Source: Mytilus trossulus (lineage: Eukaryota). From it: a stretch of 64,000 nucleotides of DNA. Below, one piece after another: positions 25,740 to 40,093 of the stretch. Position numbers and translations under genes: made by a program. The notes below the pieces were generated by a model. That model saw nothing but the letters and a program-made list of their open reading frames with translations. It made no database searches and was not told the origin of the DNA. The stretch is taken from positions 10,292,001-10,356,000 of the forward strand of contig NC_086379.1 in NCBI RefSeq assembly GCF_036588685.1, in the 5' to 3' direction. Every line of letters begins with the position of its first letter. Position 1 is the stretch's first letter.

Positions 25740-26145
25740 TGTGTGTTCTTGTTTCGAGCTGTTACATCACTGGCCAAGGTTAGAGGAGGGTTTGAGCCTT
25801 AACACCAGTTTAACCATTGCAACTTTTTGTATGTGCTTGTCCCAAATCAAGATCATGTGATTCAGACTGAGTGATTGTCGTTTGCTGATTTCATTCATAT
25901 TGGGTTTCACAGAGGAACATGACTGTCATTGTTCTGTAGATAAGTCAGGCCATTTGTTTCTCGTTTGAGTTGTATTGTATTTGTTATTTCGCTGCCTTTT
26001 ATAGCTGAATATGCAATATGAGTCTTGCTCATTGTTAAAGGTCAATAAGGAGGAACTATCATATAGTGTTAACGTCTATGTCATTTTGGTCTCTGGTGAA
26101 GAGTTGGCTCATTGACAATTATACAACATCTTCTTATTTTTATAT
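25740..26145 (+). mobile_element. Decayed repeat family E (related to C at its 3' end) with a degenerate twister motif at ~25770-25855
   Basis: GA GGG ... T^AA ... G CTTG T CCC AA AT CAAG A; 3' end gagttggctcattgacaattatacaacatcttctt resembles the family C end; a similar 3' fragment lies at 11960-12075. Confidence 0.6.
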
Positions 26146-29100
26146 TTATAATACCAATAATCTTAAATCGATATTCTTAGTCGAAAGTTGAGGAATAAAA
26201 TAACCTAATAATAGCGATAGGTTATGGTGCTTATTTTCGAAATATTTGAATTAAAAAAAAATGCGTGAAAAGGTTGACTTGGACTTTTACCTTTATATAT
26301 AGATAGGTATTACTTAGATATAAAAAAATGAAATTACCTATCACGAGCTATAATTGAAGTCTTATATGAAAAGAAAAACGTGTGTTATGGGGCAAAATAT
26401 ATTATCCTGTATTGATTAAGAAAAACTAAGGAGTTCGAATATCCGGAAAAAAATCTAAAACCTTGTACAAATTAAAATGAGGTTTCGTTGCCAAAAAATT
26501 ATATAGTTTAATCATGTGACAAACGTATGATCGTGCTTTTGTAATATTTGTATCGCAGATGATGCACTGTATTTAGGGAAAAAAATAAATATTTTTGTTT
26601 CTTTTTTCAAATCTATTGTGTTGTGGTTGGTTCTCTTTGACAAATGATTACCTTTTTACTCTGTATTTAACAGACTTTCCTGGCTTGATAGTAAAGTGTT
26701 ACGCTATAAATAATTAAAAAAAAAATAATCATTCGTTACATTTTCCCAATATCTTTGCCGTAATCCATTTTTGTTACGTGTTAATATAACTTTTCAAATA
26801 TGAACATCTCTAAATCGATCACTCAAGAAAGATCTATGATAGTCTGATTTCTATATTGTACGTTTATAACTCTACAGAAACCTATTTTGAAAGCAGTATA
26901 CATAATAAAGGATTTTATTTGAAAGGAAGACTAATTATCTGCATGAGGTAAAAATGGCAGAGAATATATAATTTATGCAATTTTGGAACATTTCCTTCTT
27001 GACTTTAATTAAACCATTATCAACAACTTAAGCCAGGAAGGAAACCTTGATGGTGTTTTACGTAAATGTCATCATAATTAAATATTAATTCTTTATTTTC
27101 TAATTCCCATTATATTAATGTGTTAGTAAAGTAAGGCGTTTAATCGTATCAAATTTCAGTAGTACCAATTTGTGATGCAATATAAATTGGAACAAATAAT
27201 TTCCGAGGTCAATGCCATAATAAATGGTTATAGCAGTAATATCCCAGATCAAATCTATTGTTTTTTGTTATAAAAATACAGAAAAGGAAATTGAATACCT
27301 GAAGCTATCAACCTGTCAAAACGGATTACAACGAAGAACAAACTCTGCTTTGGAATCAGATAGAATCCGAAGCGGAAGGATTCTTACTTATAATTGAATT
27401 TCTAAATTGTGTCACAGCAAAATTAATTAAAACAATATTTCAGTACTGCGTTACTTCATAAGAATATAAGGCAGTGTTGTGTATATCTCGCTGACAACAC
27501 AAATAACCAATTGAAATCTGAAGATTAACAAACAATATTCGACAGTGTCTGTACAATATGAAAGCTCTAAAAGAACATGGTCTGAACACATATCGAAAAC
27601 AATTTTCTTTTATCTTGAATGTTTTTTTTGTGTAAAATTATGTATGTATATCATATATTTAATAATATATTATATGACATACATACCTAATTCTACAACA
27701 ACAAAAAAAAACCCGAAAGAACATTAACTATATGACTATAGACGACCACTTATGAGTTGCTTTTTCAGACTTGAGACGGTCAAATTAGCGTGAGCTTGGT
27801 TAAATAAAATAAATATTGGTTTGTCTTCAACACATGATGCAGTCCTGCGATTGAAATATCAATCACACGATGTAAATTTTAACGCAACATGCATAACACA
27901 ATTATTTAAATTTTGCTACGGGAATAAAACAGAACTGGATTCAAACAATTTTAGAACATGTAACTCAAACTTGAAATGACTGAAAACATATAAAGTTGAT
28001 TGTATTCTTTAGATTTTAGCCGTCACAGTGTATTTAAAACAAATGTATCGTTTATAGACTAAAATATGTTTTCGACCTCACTTTATACAGGAATATTTGG
28101 TATATATACAATATCAAAGCGCTAGTTTGTTTTTGTTCTGTATCAGATAAGTTCAACAACAGCTGATTAATGCATTGTACAGTTATTATTCCTGTGTGTT
28201 CTTTTTGTTTTATAGCATCAAAGAATAAAAGACACCTTACTGCAAGGAATAAAAGAAGTTAACCTTTCATATTAACTCTTTTCTTGTTGTATTAAGCTAT
28301 CAATAATAGGATGAAAGTACAACATATCATGAACAGCGTTTTATATACGTTTCTGCAGCAGCTTTGTAAAATCAACGTTAACTATTATACACACACAAGG
28401 TTGTCAATCTATACCAATGTTACATCAACACGTGTTTATCATTTTGCAAGTTTAGCATCCCAAAACTAATGTATGCTATCACATTAACGTGTCAGACCTT
28501 TACTGTTTTTTGTTTTCGATCTATGGGTAATGTATTGTTGGTGCTTCATTGTAGTTAAATGGTTGATTTTTTTTCTTTTATTTATCAATATGTCAGAATG
28601 GCAGATATCAACTGTTCAGTCAAAATTATTCAGTTGCGATTAATAATGTAGTGCCTGTTGCACGGTATAGGAATCGCATAGTACTATTTTGGTGAGTATG
28701 AGATTTAGTAGCCATTGCGACTGTCTTAATCCTAAGACTGTTCATAGGCCACGTTTAGAACACGTACATGGTGAGATTTTTTTTTTAGTTTTAAACATAA
28801 ACTGCATGAGGTAATTGCAACTAAAAAAAGGAAAGAATACAAAATGAATAGCAATAGCATTTTGAATTATATATTAAACATTTTATAGAACGAACTAAAA
28901 GAACATTTCAAATAAAATTTATTTGTAAATAATTAAGTACACCACTTTTAATAATTTCTTGCCTCCCATGCGCTTTTCTTGATTTAACTTCATCAAGAAC
29001 GCTGAAAGCCAAACATTAAAGCATTGAAATAAACTAACAAAGAACGCTTTCCTTTCAATCTTTAAGTATTGCTGAAAACTGTACTCGTTCGTAAGTAAAT

Positions 29101-29889
29101 TACGTAATTTTGCATTTGAGCCTGTTATATCTGTTATACTTGAGATGTAGTCTTTGATTGGTGTCAGGAAGCAATTGCATCCAATTGTATTATACCATTA
29201 TTCATAACAATTAATAGTTTAGACAATAAATACTGCATGCTTAACTTTAAGCCTATTATCTATAAAATGTAATCAAAGTCTTGTCATGACTTTGGTATGG
29301 AAATTACAATCTATTTCTATTTCAATATTTGTATTATTCTCCGCATGAAATCTTCAAATAACTGTTATAAAGTAGATAAACAGAGAGGTTGAGCTCAATT
29401 GAATTTTCAAAATTGTATATCTATTCCGTTCAAGTTCAATGATGGGGTAAGGCAGTTTGGTAATTGGTACCAATAAGAATTATAAAAACCTAAATGGGTC
29501 TTTAAATATAAAGGCTACAAAGATCGTGAAGGACCCAAATGTTGCTTAGCACCTGTCCAAAGCCTACTCCGTGAAAAATATGCCAACTGCTCCAAGCAGC
29601 ATTGTTTTGTAGTATAATTAACTAATTGATAAAGTAATAAGTTTTTGAAATCACTTATAGGTCTGTGCTATGTTCCCTTGGACTTTCAATTAAAGAGATA
29701 TTACTTTTTTTTCATTAATTTTATTTGATTCCTAAATTGTATAAGTGTCCTTACGGGCAACTTTGTATCACCGGATTTTCCAAGTATTTTCCGAAACCTC
29801 TTTCTAAACTATTATATCAGCAAATAGCAGTAAAAACTGGAATTCTGTATAATGGTGAAACTACTTACTCTTGGGGCGTAGTGAATACT

Positions 29890-30230
29890 CTATTTATTGG
29901 TTAACAACATATTTGTTACTTTTGGAGAAATCGTTTTTTCAGCAAACAATCGGCATCCTAATGGGAACCAACTGTGTTTTCGTCTTTCTAACTAGGTCTA
30001 ACTAGGTCCGGGACCCGTTAATGATTCGGAGCAAACTTTATACGCGAGATTCTTTTGAACCATATAAAGAACTAGCAAGATACATCTACTCTATCAAACT
30101 TGACATTAAGGATAAATAGGTTACACTTCAGCCTGTCTCATATCTTGATATAATTAAGAAGTTCACAAAAAGATTCGGTTTAAAACAAACTTTGCCAAAA
30201 AATATAAGGGTATCAGTTTATTAAATCTGA
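29890..30230 (+). pseudogene. Highly decayed Penelope-like RT relic
   Basis: aacaacatatttgttacttttggaga...cagcaaacaatcggcatcctaatgggaaccaactgtg aligns by eye with 14940-15012. Confidence 0.6.
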
Positions 30231-31560
30231 TTACATTATACTTTAGAATCCCTGTCTTGGCTCATGCTTTTTTCTGAGGATGGAAGGTTCAACCAAAATT
30301 GTAACCTTCACTTGTATGTTAGTTGTTTATTATTGATTGTGGTTCCGTTTAATTAACAAAATTAGGCGAGCAATGCAGTTCTTAATTATTATTTTAACCC
30401 TACAATAAATTTCAATTAAAACAAGATAAAAAGGGGAAAAATATGACCTGGTAAATATACTTACAATAATTAAAAAACGTAACTGCATACATAAGAAAGT
30501 GCCATAAACTCTTATGTCTCCTAAGTGTGTACTTCTGACATAACAAAATATTGACTGCTTGGTTTTTATGTACAAGCTTATTACAAAATATCAAAACTCT
30601 AAACGAACCTTTTCTTCTCTATACATTTATTATTACCAGAGACTTAAAGTGAAGCAGAAAAATGTTTAGAGCGGATAAGAGAATTAAGTTATGAATTTGC
30701 AGTACCTGGATTTCTAAAAAAATCTTGACTGACTAAAAAAATAATGGTGTTCTAAACTATGACCTTGTAACTAAATTATGTGCATTGTGAGTGACTATAT
30801 TGCATAAGTTCGTACATTGTTTCTTGTTGCTTTCTGTTGGTTTACATCTTGCATACTAATAGACGTGAACATTTTGTTTTATAGAATGTCATGGTAGTTC
30901 TTATCATCAAACACGCTGAACAAAATATTTGGCTAGTGATTATGGTTTCAATATTTTTTCTAACATGATCAGGGATAATAGAATGACATGTACCTGTTTA
31001 TTAACAGACATATAAATAAAAGAGGGACGAAAGACACCAAACTAATAGTCAAACTAATAAATCTAAAACAAACGTGTCAATAAAGTAGTTCTTCTAAATT
31101 GAAAAAAAGCCATATTAGAATAAATTATGAATATATTTTAATTTAGTTCATTATTGGTATATGAAAAAATAGAACTCACCAAGTTCATACCAGTATCAAT
31201 ATTCTGATAAACAATGTTTGAATATTTATGTATCACAGGTCAAATACTTATATTCATTTTTTTTCGTTTGTATTTACACATGCGTGAATTACAGTTGCAC
31301 ACAATTGATACAATTGTACATTAGGAGATAGTATTGCTTAAATGCAATTTTAAGCCCAAGACTATCTGCAATGTTTCAAGAAAAATAATGTTATGAAAAT
31401 AATATGTTCATAAATGTTAATAAAACTAAGTGTATGTTGATAGTTAAAAAACAAAGACTGCATTTTCCACAAGAAGAGAACAATTTCTTAATATCTAGAA
31501 TAACTTTCTCACAGAATCCAGAAGTGGACAACTTTTAAGTAATAGACCAAAACGTATACA

Positions 31561-31708
31561 ACAAAAATACTGAACTCCAAAGAAACTCAAATCGGATAGT
31601 CCTTAATCACATGGTAAAATCAAAACTCAAACACATCAAAGGAAAGGAAAATAACTGCCACATTCATGTTTGGTAAGGCAGCTACTTGTGAGAAAATGGT
31701 TAAACCAG
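31561..31708 (-). mobile_element. Family A fragment (degenerate)
   Basis: aaaatactgaactcc...caaacacatcaaa...gaaaatggttaaacc matches the family A 3' part. Confidence 0.65.
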
Positions 31709-32890
31709 TCGGGAATTTGATCCTGATCTTTAATGGATATACCATGGTAATTTCTTATATTTAACTATTCATCTAGACTCTATAATTTTTTTATATTAAG
31801 ATATTTCTAAATTATCCTAATTCTAGAAAATAATTTTCTCCCACTGATCAATTATTGTAGTATAGTTTGAATGACCGGCGACCTACAATGACCTACAGAT
31901 GCTTACATCAACGTCATTAAAACTAAAACGTCTTATTGGAATTTATACCACATCTACTTTTAATTTGTTTTATAAATTCAATTATAAACAAGTAGCAAGA
32001 CCAATAAGATACTGATCCTCTTTTAGTTTGGGTGGATGCAAGTAGAAAACAGAAGAGACACGATTCGTATACGATAATCTGTTTTGATGCATTTATAAAT
32101 AGCATAAATCCATTTTATATTTAAATCAAAAGTTTTGAAGAATGCTTGAAATAATAAATATTGTTTTAAGAATACACAAAAGCCAAACAAGAGGTTTATG
32201 TAGAATTTCTCGTATATTCTCAATCGTCCTAAGAAACCGCTAACCATCATCCTTGACAAATTGAACTTCAAGTTCTAGTTGATTAAAACTAATTGATGAT
32301 ACATTAAGAAGTAACGATACTAGACGAAAGATCTAACCAGTATAGATAACGTGTCAATTACCTTATGAATTTATAAATTTGACTTCATTACAATTTTTCG
32401 TTTGATTGTGATCTTATATTTGTATTTATTTGTCTGTTATATAATATTACAGGAAATAATATAATGGAATAGGTGAAAGACCATTGATATAATAATTCTA
32501 AATTGATTTCGATCGTTTTCTAGAATCGTATTAGTACATGTACTTTTGAAGTGAATAATGATGTCTTGGCGATATGTTATGCATTTTTGTTTCACTCATA
32601 CATGTTGGACAATATTTGAACTTCAATTAAGTTAAACGAGATTTTTCCCAATCGTTTCGTTGGTTGATGTTGCCGAGCATTTGGTTTTGTCAGATTTGGT
32701 GGACTATTCTCGTACTAACATTGCAAATCGGTATTTCAAGATGATATGGTGGATAATAGAAATAACCCCCTGTAGTTAATAAGAATGGTGACGGAAATTG
32801 GAATATTTCTTGTCGTATTCAACCTTTTTCTTAAAATACTCGTTACAACTGCTAGCCTTGATTGCGTTCAATATCTTAGTGGCAACATGC

Positions 32891-32998
32891 TGCTACGTAG
32901 ATTTGTGACTATTGAACGTGTAGATAGCCTAGTTGTTACCTAGACATTGATAGCAGCTAGGATAGCTACTCGTTCAATAGTCATAAATCTATGTAGCA
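32891..32998 (+). repeat. Long imperfect hairpin (~48-bp arms, with weaker extension to ~32850-33040)
   Basis: tgctacgtagatttgtgactattgaacg... pairs with ...cgttcaatagtcataaatctatgtagca. Confidence 0.8.
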
Positions 32999-35100
32999 CT
33001 ACTTATCCGCTATGAATTTGAACTCAACCCTAGACTGGCTTCGTAAACCTAGCCATGCTTGAATCTTTGCTGAAACAACTACATGTGACATGTGCATAGA
33101 TCGCTCTTTACCAAATATAGCTTTTGAGGTTGATATTAAGTACCACAGCACTTAAACTGTTACAGTAACTCAATTATCTTGATATTCAAGGTATCACCTC
33201 TAATCTGATAATGAATGTAAATAAGTTTAATTTTAGTCAACTGATTATGTTGTTACAATAAACAGGAAACTCAATTAACGATTTGTTTGAGAATTGTTTC
33301 GTGGTCATAAATATGACACAGTAGCTTATTTTTTTCTTTTGTGTAAAATTGCGCTTTAAAAAAACTAAGAAAGAGCTGGGCTTTTCAACACATTTATGGT
33401 ATCGTTATCGAGAGCATCGCTTAGTTCGTCGCAGAGGACTGTGATTTTCATAACAGAAGTATTTTTTTTCTCTGACAATGTAATGGTATACTAAGTACAT
33501 TACAGCAAACATAAAAAATGTTTTGAAATTTTTGGTTGGTTCCTCATGATATTTTCTCTGTTGAACATGACATATCATTCTGTTTAAAACAAAACTACAT
33601 AATGGTTATTGTCATGCAATATGTAAACTCTTGCTGCTCATGAGAATACATCGATTTCAAGATGATGGTATTGTCTACTTTATACTTCCCTGATTACACC
33701 TACACGAAATTCTCGTGCTAACATACGTTTATCTTCAGAGCCGACTAAACAAACGGATACGTTTTATATAAAACCTATTGTTTCGTATTCATCGAGAAGT
33801 TTCTGTTTTTATATAATCAATCATACTGTCAGCAAAGTGTTACGAAAAAATGATTAAATTATAATCATACTAACTAATTCGTAACGTTATGACTTTGTGG
33901 TTAACATTATGTGTTTACGACACCATTGGATTAATATATAATGACTCCATTGATGACCGTAAATAAGCTCAAAATGGTGTTTTTCTTTCTCGTTTACCAG
34001 ATGTATTTTTAGAAATTATGCACATAAGTTCATTGTTTGCCTTCTATTATTGTCAATTATACTACATAAGCTTATTTGATCTAGAGGCTGGTAATTCCCT
34101 TGCTAATTGCTGTTATGTTAATAACAATTATCACCGAATCAACGAAACTTCAGACATAATAGGCATATGTCTCTTCAGAAAATTGTCAAAATTTATCAGC
34201 AAAGTTTAAATAGTACAAAAATATTAAAATGCAGTTTGTAAAAAAGTCATAACTAATGACACGAGTTTCATTAGGTGGAATGAAACAGTAAGCCTCTTTG
34301 TGTAGTGTTGTGTTATAGTTCATTTATATATGAGTCGATTCATTTGTTAATACATTAGGATCACAGATCTTGGCCGTTTTTTTTGTTCACGTACTGAAAA
34401 GAATCATGCGTAGACATTTATTAGTTTCTGTTTTCCACTTTATGTTGTTAGGTTATCGCCTCATTCACACCATCCAACGTATAATTTGTATTCCGTACAC
34501 GTGTACATGATCATAGGTGTATACTTCATTATGTATCTCCCAAGAGTAATCTGTTTTGACAAGAAAGGAATGAATATATTAACTTATTTATTAAACTAAT
34601 CAATATGTTTACACTTTCGTAAGTGATGCATTGTGTGGCGTCTTGACAGCCAAAGCTACAAATACTAGATGGGATCTTGTAACATTCATCTCAAGTCGCA
34701 TCAAGTATTCAAGTCAATCACAACTTCTCGGTCGGACTCTGAAACCTGTTTGTATTCATAAGTTAATGAAAACATTATTACACTGATTAAATAACACTTT
34801 TATTGTTATATAGTGCTTTATTTATGATAACATTATATGTTTTTTCTTTATTTTGTAAATAACAAGTAATTTACTCAAAATTCGTACATGTAGCTATGAT
34901 TTACATTGCGATCACCATATTTAAGTATTTTAATACATAATATATTAAAAAGTGGCACAGAATAGCCAGTTCATACGTTTCAATTTAATATATATTTTTT
35001 TCTTTTTAAGTAAAGTTAAAGAAATTCAACATGTCTATCAAACATGCTTCTCACGTAATATTAGCATTAAATAAACATGCAGAATTAAATTATAACATGA

Positions 35101-35845
35101 TAAAAGAGGAGCAAAAGAAACCAGAGGTATACTCAAATTCATTAATCGAAAATAAATCAACGTCTTGGCTAAAATAAGAAAAGAAAAAAAAGAATAAAAA
35201 GCAGACAGACAATATAACACAAAACATAGAAAACTAAAAACTCAGCAACATCAACCCCAACAAAATCCAGGGGATGATCTCATGTACCCCTAATGACAAA
35301 AACAGATCCTTCTCGACATGTGGTACTCCCTGTGTTACTGATGTAAGTACAAAACCAGTAACAAGTCTTATTTGGTGAGTCCCTTTGACGGGATTGTAGA
35401 AAAGATATTAGGAACACATCCGCAATCATCCGTGAAACTCTCTTTGTTAATTTGAAAATGTGAATCGAGATATGATGCAGACATAACTGTATCTGTTGTA
35501 TCCTTTATCTCATGTTCCATTGGATAGATGCGTTTAACATATTTTGAATTATTTAGCGAGAGAACATCATCTTCATAGCGTTATGTAAAGTTAAAGGATA
35601 CAGTGATCTTTTTGTCTTTCGTCCTCTACGAATAAAAGAACAAGTCGGCAAGAAGTGGTGCTTTGTTGGTTCCCACGACAATGCCGACTGTTTATTGAAA
35701 AAGACGTCTGCTTATATAAAAAATATATATTCAATCAAGATATCAAGCATATGGCAATGTCAGTTCATAAACTATTTTGTTTGAATAAGAGTGAATTTTT
35801 ACAAAATAGGATTGTTTGCTTCCTAAGACAGGATACTTATTTCAT
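35101..35845 (-). mobile_element. Decayed Penelope-like RT fragment plus family D 3' UTR
   Basis: Reverse complement aligns with 14840-15260 (RT) and 15560-15896 (3' UTR), with internal deletions. Confidence 0.75.
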
Positions 35846-36379
35846 ACATGCGAATGTGATAAATACCTAACAATTTTTGAATTAGTGTCAACAGGTTATT
35901 AATAGAGACATCATGGAAAGTTGGTGATGTATAATGACTATGTCTACGTCGAGGAGTAGAGTTGAAAATGTTTATCACATTCACCGACCTACAAGGAGAA
36001 CTAGATATAATACCTATACCATTAATTTTGTTATTGGTGTTGCAGTCCCCAATTACCGAACCCAATTTTGTTGTTTGTGTCTACGGAGAGGCCATGCAAG
36101 ATAAGGATAGTTAGTCCTGTGGGATATATTTTTCGATGATGCGAACTAGAATAACATTGATTGGTTAATCTGGTAAAATGCTGGTAAAAATTGTCGCTGG
36201 CATTGTTGTTGATGTCTGATTTATAACCGCATATATGTTTGTTACCTTCTTTAGTTTTCACCGACGTATATTTTGGTTCGTTTATATGTTTCGGAGTAGT
36301 TAGTGGGACGTGAATTTTCGCTGAGCAAGTACATACTTTTGATGGTGGGCTAGCTTTAGCCTGCCTACGGGTTCTTATA

Positions 36380-36570
36380 AAAAAAGATGTGGTATATTTG
36401 CCAATGAGACAATAGGCATAGTCAGCTATAAAAGACCACTAAATGACAATGTAAAACAATTCAAACTTGAAAACTAACGGCATTATTTATATACAAAAAA
36501 AGAACAAAAAAAACCCCCCAAATATGTACCACATATACAAACGACAACCACTAAATAGCAGTCTCCTGAC
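36380..36570 (-). mobile_element. Family C/E-like 3' fragment
   Basis: agatgtggtat..gccaatgagacaa...aaaactaacgg...caaacgacaaccact...ctcctgac; truncated within the twister P4. Confidence 0.65.
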
Positions 36571-38779
36571 AATATGCTTACCGTAAACATTAGTACAATT
36601 ATCTCTACAAACTTATTATAACACTAATATCGATACAATCAGGTTGTTAACTCAAATTATTTTGATATAAAAACATATTTACAACTTATTTTGCTATTTA
36701 TGAAACCGATCAAGGATAACATTCACACATAATGGATTGATTTAGGTATCATAGATAACTTGTAAGTTGTCAATAACACATTAATCTTAGAATAGCGAGA
36801 AATTGCTGATGTACTAAAGTGTTTACATTTGTGTAATGTGTCAGAAAAACTAATCGTAAATAAACTTATCAAAGATATCAGCTTTAAAGACTGTACGCCT
36901 GACGCCAGTCACGCTTTAAAAGATACAAGACCAAAGAGCACGAAGTAAAGAAGTATCAAAGATACAAAATTCCGGAAGTTTTTGCCATGTACAGATAAGT
37001 TGATATACTCCTGTGTACAATATCCTTCGTATTTCGAAAAGTTCAATTTATAGAAATTGTATATCTTAATTTGAAAAAAAACATTGTTATTAAGAAAACC
37101 GACAAAAATATTGTGTTATGAAGGTTTCCGTGGTTCATATCCTAGTAACTCTAAATCAGTGATAAGACAACAAATGTCACTGCAAATCATAGTTCTAAGG
37201 AACAAAGGAAATGAAAGTTCTAAAGTTCAAACGATCTAAAAAACAAAACTACACAGTGAGAATTCCACCAATTGCCTTGAGTGATCTCAGCTAATCAGGG
37301 TCACATATTTTCTTCTTTAATAGAAGCGCCTATTTGTTTGCTTACATCACGTACAATTTTACCCATATCAAAGCGAAATATGATATCTTGCATTAGCTTG
37401 ACCCCATAGTGTAAGTAAGAAATGTTGTTTACCCTTTGTCCATGATTGAGGAAATTGAATCTATTCTGCGCACGCTTCCATGAACTTCGGATTTATCATT
37501 TCAACGCGTTGAACACCCCAATGTTGACTGGAGTTTTGAACTGTCGTCACTTCAGAGCGTAAAGCGTCCGTTTGACTGTGTGGGTTGTACAAGTAGGCAG
37601 CTACATCCGATCAGAATAGGACTCTTAATCAGATGTTAACGCGTTTAAAGAGAGCGCTATGCTCTCTGCACGTTTAAAACCCTTACACAAAATCACTGAA
37701 TGATCTGCATATGGCCTGTTATATAAGTCCAGTCATTCTAGGTCAAAAATGGCCTGACCTCAAAGAGACTATTTCATGCTTACAAGAAAGTGTTATCGCA
37801 TTTCAAATCGGCAAGATATTTTAACCTTAGTTTTTTTTGAAGAACTGTGTATTTTATTAAGCCTTTGTTATTTTCTTTTATTCACGCGTCAGCAATTTTT
37901 TGTAGAAAAAAATCGCTTACCAGGCGTACATAATTTTATCGTAGTTTATTTGCTATGTGGTATTGGTATTGATTATTTAAAAGTGACCCAACAATTAAAA
38001 CCTCTACGTCATTTGGTGGATACATTTTAATTTCTTATTAAAACATTTTATAAGATTTCTACGAGATGTTTTTATATAATAAAAAGTTATTGTTTTGAAG
38101 TAAAGTTTCTTATTTTATTTTATTATGTATAATTCCCGCGAAACTATGATAGTCGCTACTAATCCTCAAAACTATGTATACACATATGTAAGGATTTACT
38201 GTTGAATACATTTCATTTTGAGAGATATTTGCTAGAAAAAAAGTCTCAAGATATTTAACAACCCCATAGACTGGTTCATTTGGCAAATACACTGCAATAA
38301 CCAGATCAATATGTTCTAAATTACTTATCTATTTTTAAAAACTTAGTATTTTAGAATGAAGCAAATTTAAGCCCTAACCGTAAAGTTTAAATTTCAATGT
38401 AAAGAGTAAACGTTTAAGGGAAACAGAATTTGCGACAGACAAATCAAAGACTCACGTTAACAAGTAAACAAATGATTACAGTCATTAATTAAGTTTATAG
38501 ACATTGTATTCCTAATCTGTAAATGATTAAGCCTTACAAGATTGAAATTCAATCACGTATTTGACGTGAAAACAACATTTGACATTTCCTTGCAGCAAAT
38601 GATCACTCCATATGTAATGCTTTTTTGTATACACTTGAAGAGTTTGTATAAAATGTACACATTTCTTATGTGTATGTATTTTACATCCCGTCACTGTGTT
38701 ATTGAAGTGTAGTAAATTTGTGTATTGTCTTTAAATTTTGCTAATATGCTTGGTCTGTATAGCATTTTATGTTTTTTGT

Positions 38780-39026
38780 AACATATGTCACGCAACATTG
38801 TCAATATAATGGCATTTGATGCGACTGTCATACAAGTGAGAGGTTGAACTAGCTATAAAACCAAGTTCAGTCCACCAATTTCTACATAAGAAAATGCATG
38901 TACCAGGAATATTTCAGTTGTAATCAAAGTGTTTGATGTGTTTGAGCTTTTGATTTTGCCATTTGATTAAGGACTTTCCGTTTATAATTTTTTTCGGAGT
39001 TTAGTATTGTTGAGATTTTACTTTTT
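38780..39026 (+). mobile_element. Family A copy; twister motif at 38824-38919 disabled by a 5-nt deletion (AAGTC)
   Basis: Reverse complement of the A2 sequence; reads gtacc-aggaat instead of gtaccaagtcaggaat. Confidence 0.8.
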
Positions 39027-39103
39027 GTATATTTAAGAGTCTATTTACATTGTAGTTATGATTTATTTTAAGAGGTCAGTTGAGAAACAAACAAAGTATA
39101 TGT

Positions 39104-39464
39104 TGTGATGTTATGCTATTGTTTCAGAAAAAGGGAGAAGGTTTTGGCCCATTAAAACGTTTAATCCCGCTGCAAATGTTTGCACCTGTCCTAAGTCAGG
39201 AATCTGATGTACAGTAGTTGTCGTTTGTTTATGTCATATATACGTGTTTCTCGTTTCTCGTTTTGTTTATATAGATTAGACCGTTGGTTTTCCCGTTTGA
39301 ATGGTTTTACACTAGTAATTTTGGGGCCCTTTATAGCTTGTTGTTCGGTGTGAGCCAAGGCTCCGTGTTGAAGGCCGTACTTTAACCTATAATGGTTTAA
39401 TTTTTAAATTGTTATTTGGATGGAGAGTTGTCTCATTGGCACTCACACCACATCTTCCTATATC
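39104..39464 (+). mobile_element. Dispersed repeat family C, young copy
   Basis: Almost identical to the reverse complement of 4436-4800. Confidence 0.9.
39124..39207 (+). ncRNA. Twister ribozyme, type-P5 permutation (family C, intact core)
   Basis: P5 TCAGA(39124-28)/TCTGA(39203-07); P2 GGGA(39133-36)/TCCC(39165-68); GA 39137-38; T1 AGG(39139-41)/CCT(39190-92); T2 GC/GT; P3 TGCAA-ATGT-TTGCA; P4 CCTG/CAGG; predicted cut T39162^A39163. Confidence 0.87.
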
Positions 39465-40093
39465 TTAAGTCAAACTCACAAAAATAATACTTTTTTTTTC
39501 ATTGATACAATAACAATATTTTGCCAAAGTCATATTAGAAGTTATTGACAAAATATTGTTGATGATTACAGGAAGACGATTTTGCAGTATTGTTTGAACT
39601 GTCGTATTGTACTTTGTAGAATCTTATAGGACTTAAATAAAGATGGGCGTGAATATTGACAAATTGTTTGCTGGGTATATTTAACATATATTGATACATG
39701 AAATTATTACCGATACAAATTATGTACCTTCAGGTTCCCTGGTTCCATATAAGCGAAACATACTTACAGACACTAAAAGTAGTGATATTCCGGTAACAGT
39801 ATGGACAAATGCAATAATTATGCTGGTACTGGTATAACATGTATAAGTAATACTGAATCATTTACCTTTAACTTGTTTTTCATCGGCTATCGACCACAAG
39901 TCGTTTACCCTCACTCAGTGTGTCAGAGGCCTTCCAGCAGGGATTTGAACAGAATGAAAGAAAAAAGTGCGTGGATGTGCATGAGAAGGATGTTTTAAGT
40001 ATTCAACATGTAAGTAAATACACAAGGTTTAGTCCTCTGCTAGTTATTCTTATAAGAAGTTTTATGCGTTTAGAAAGAGTAGAAATATTTTAA

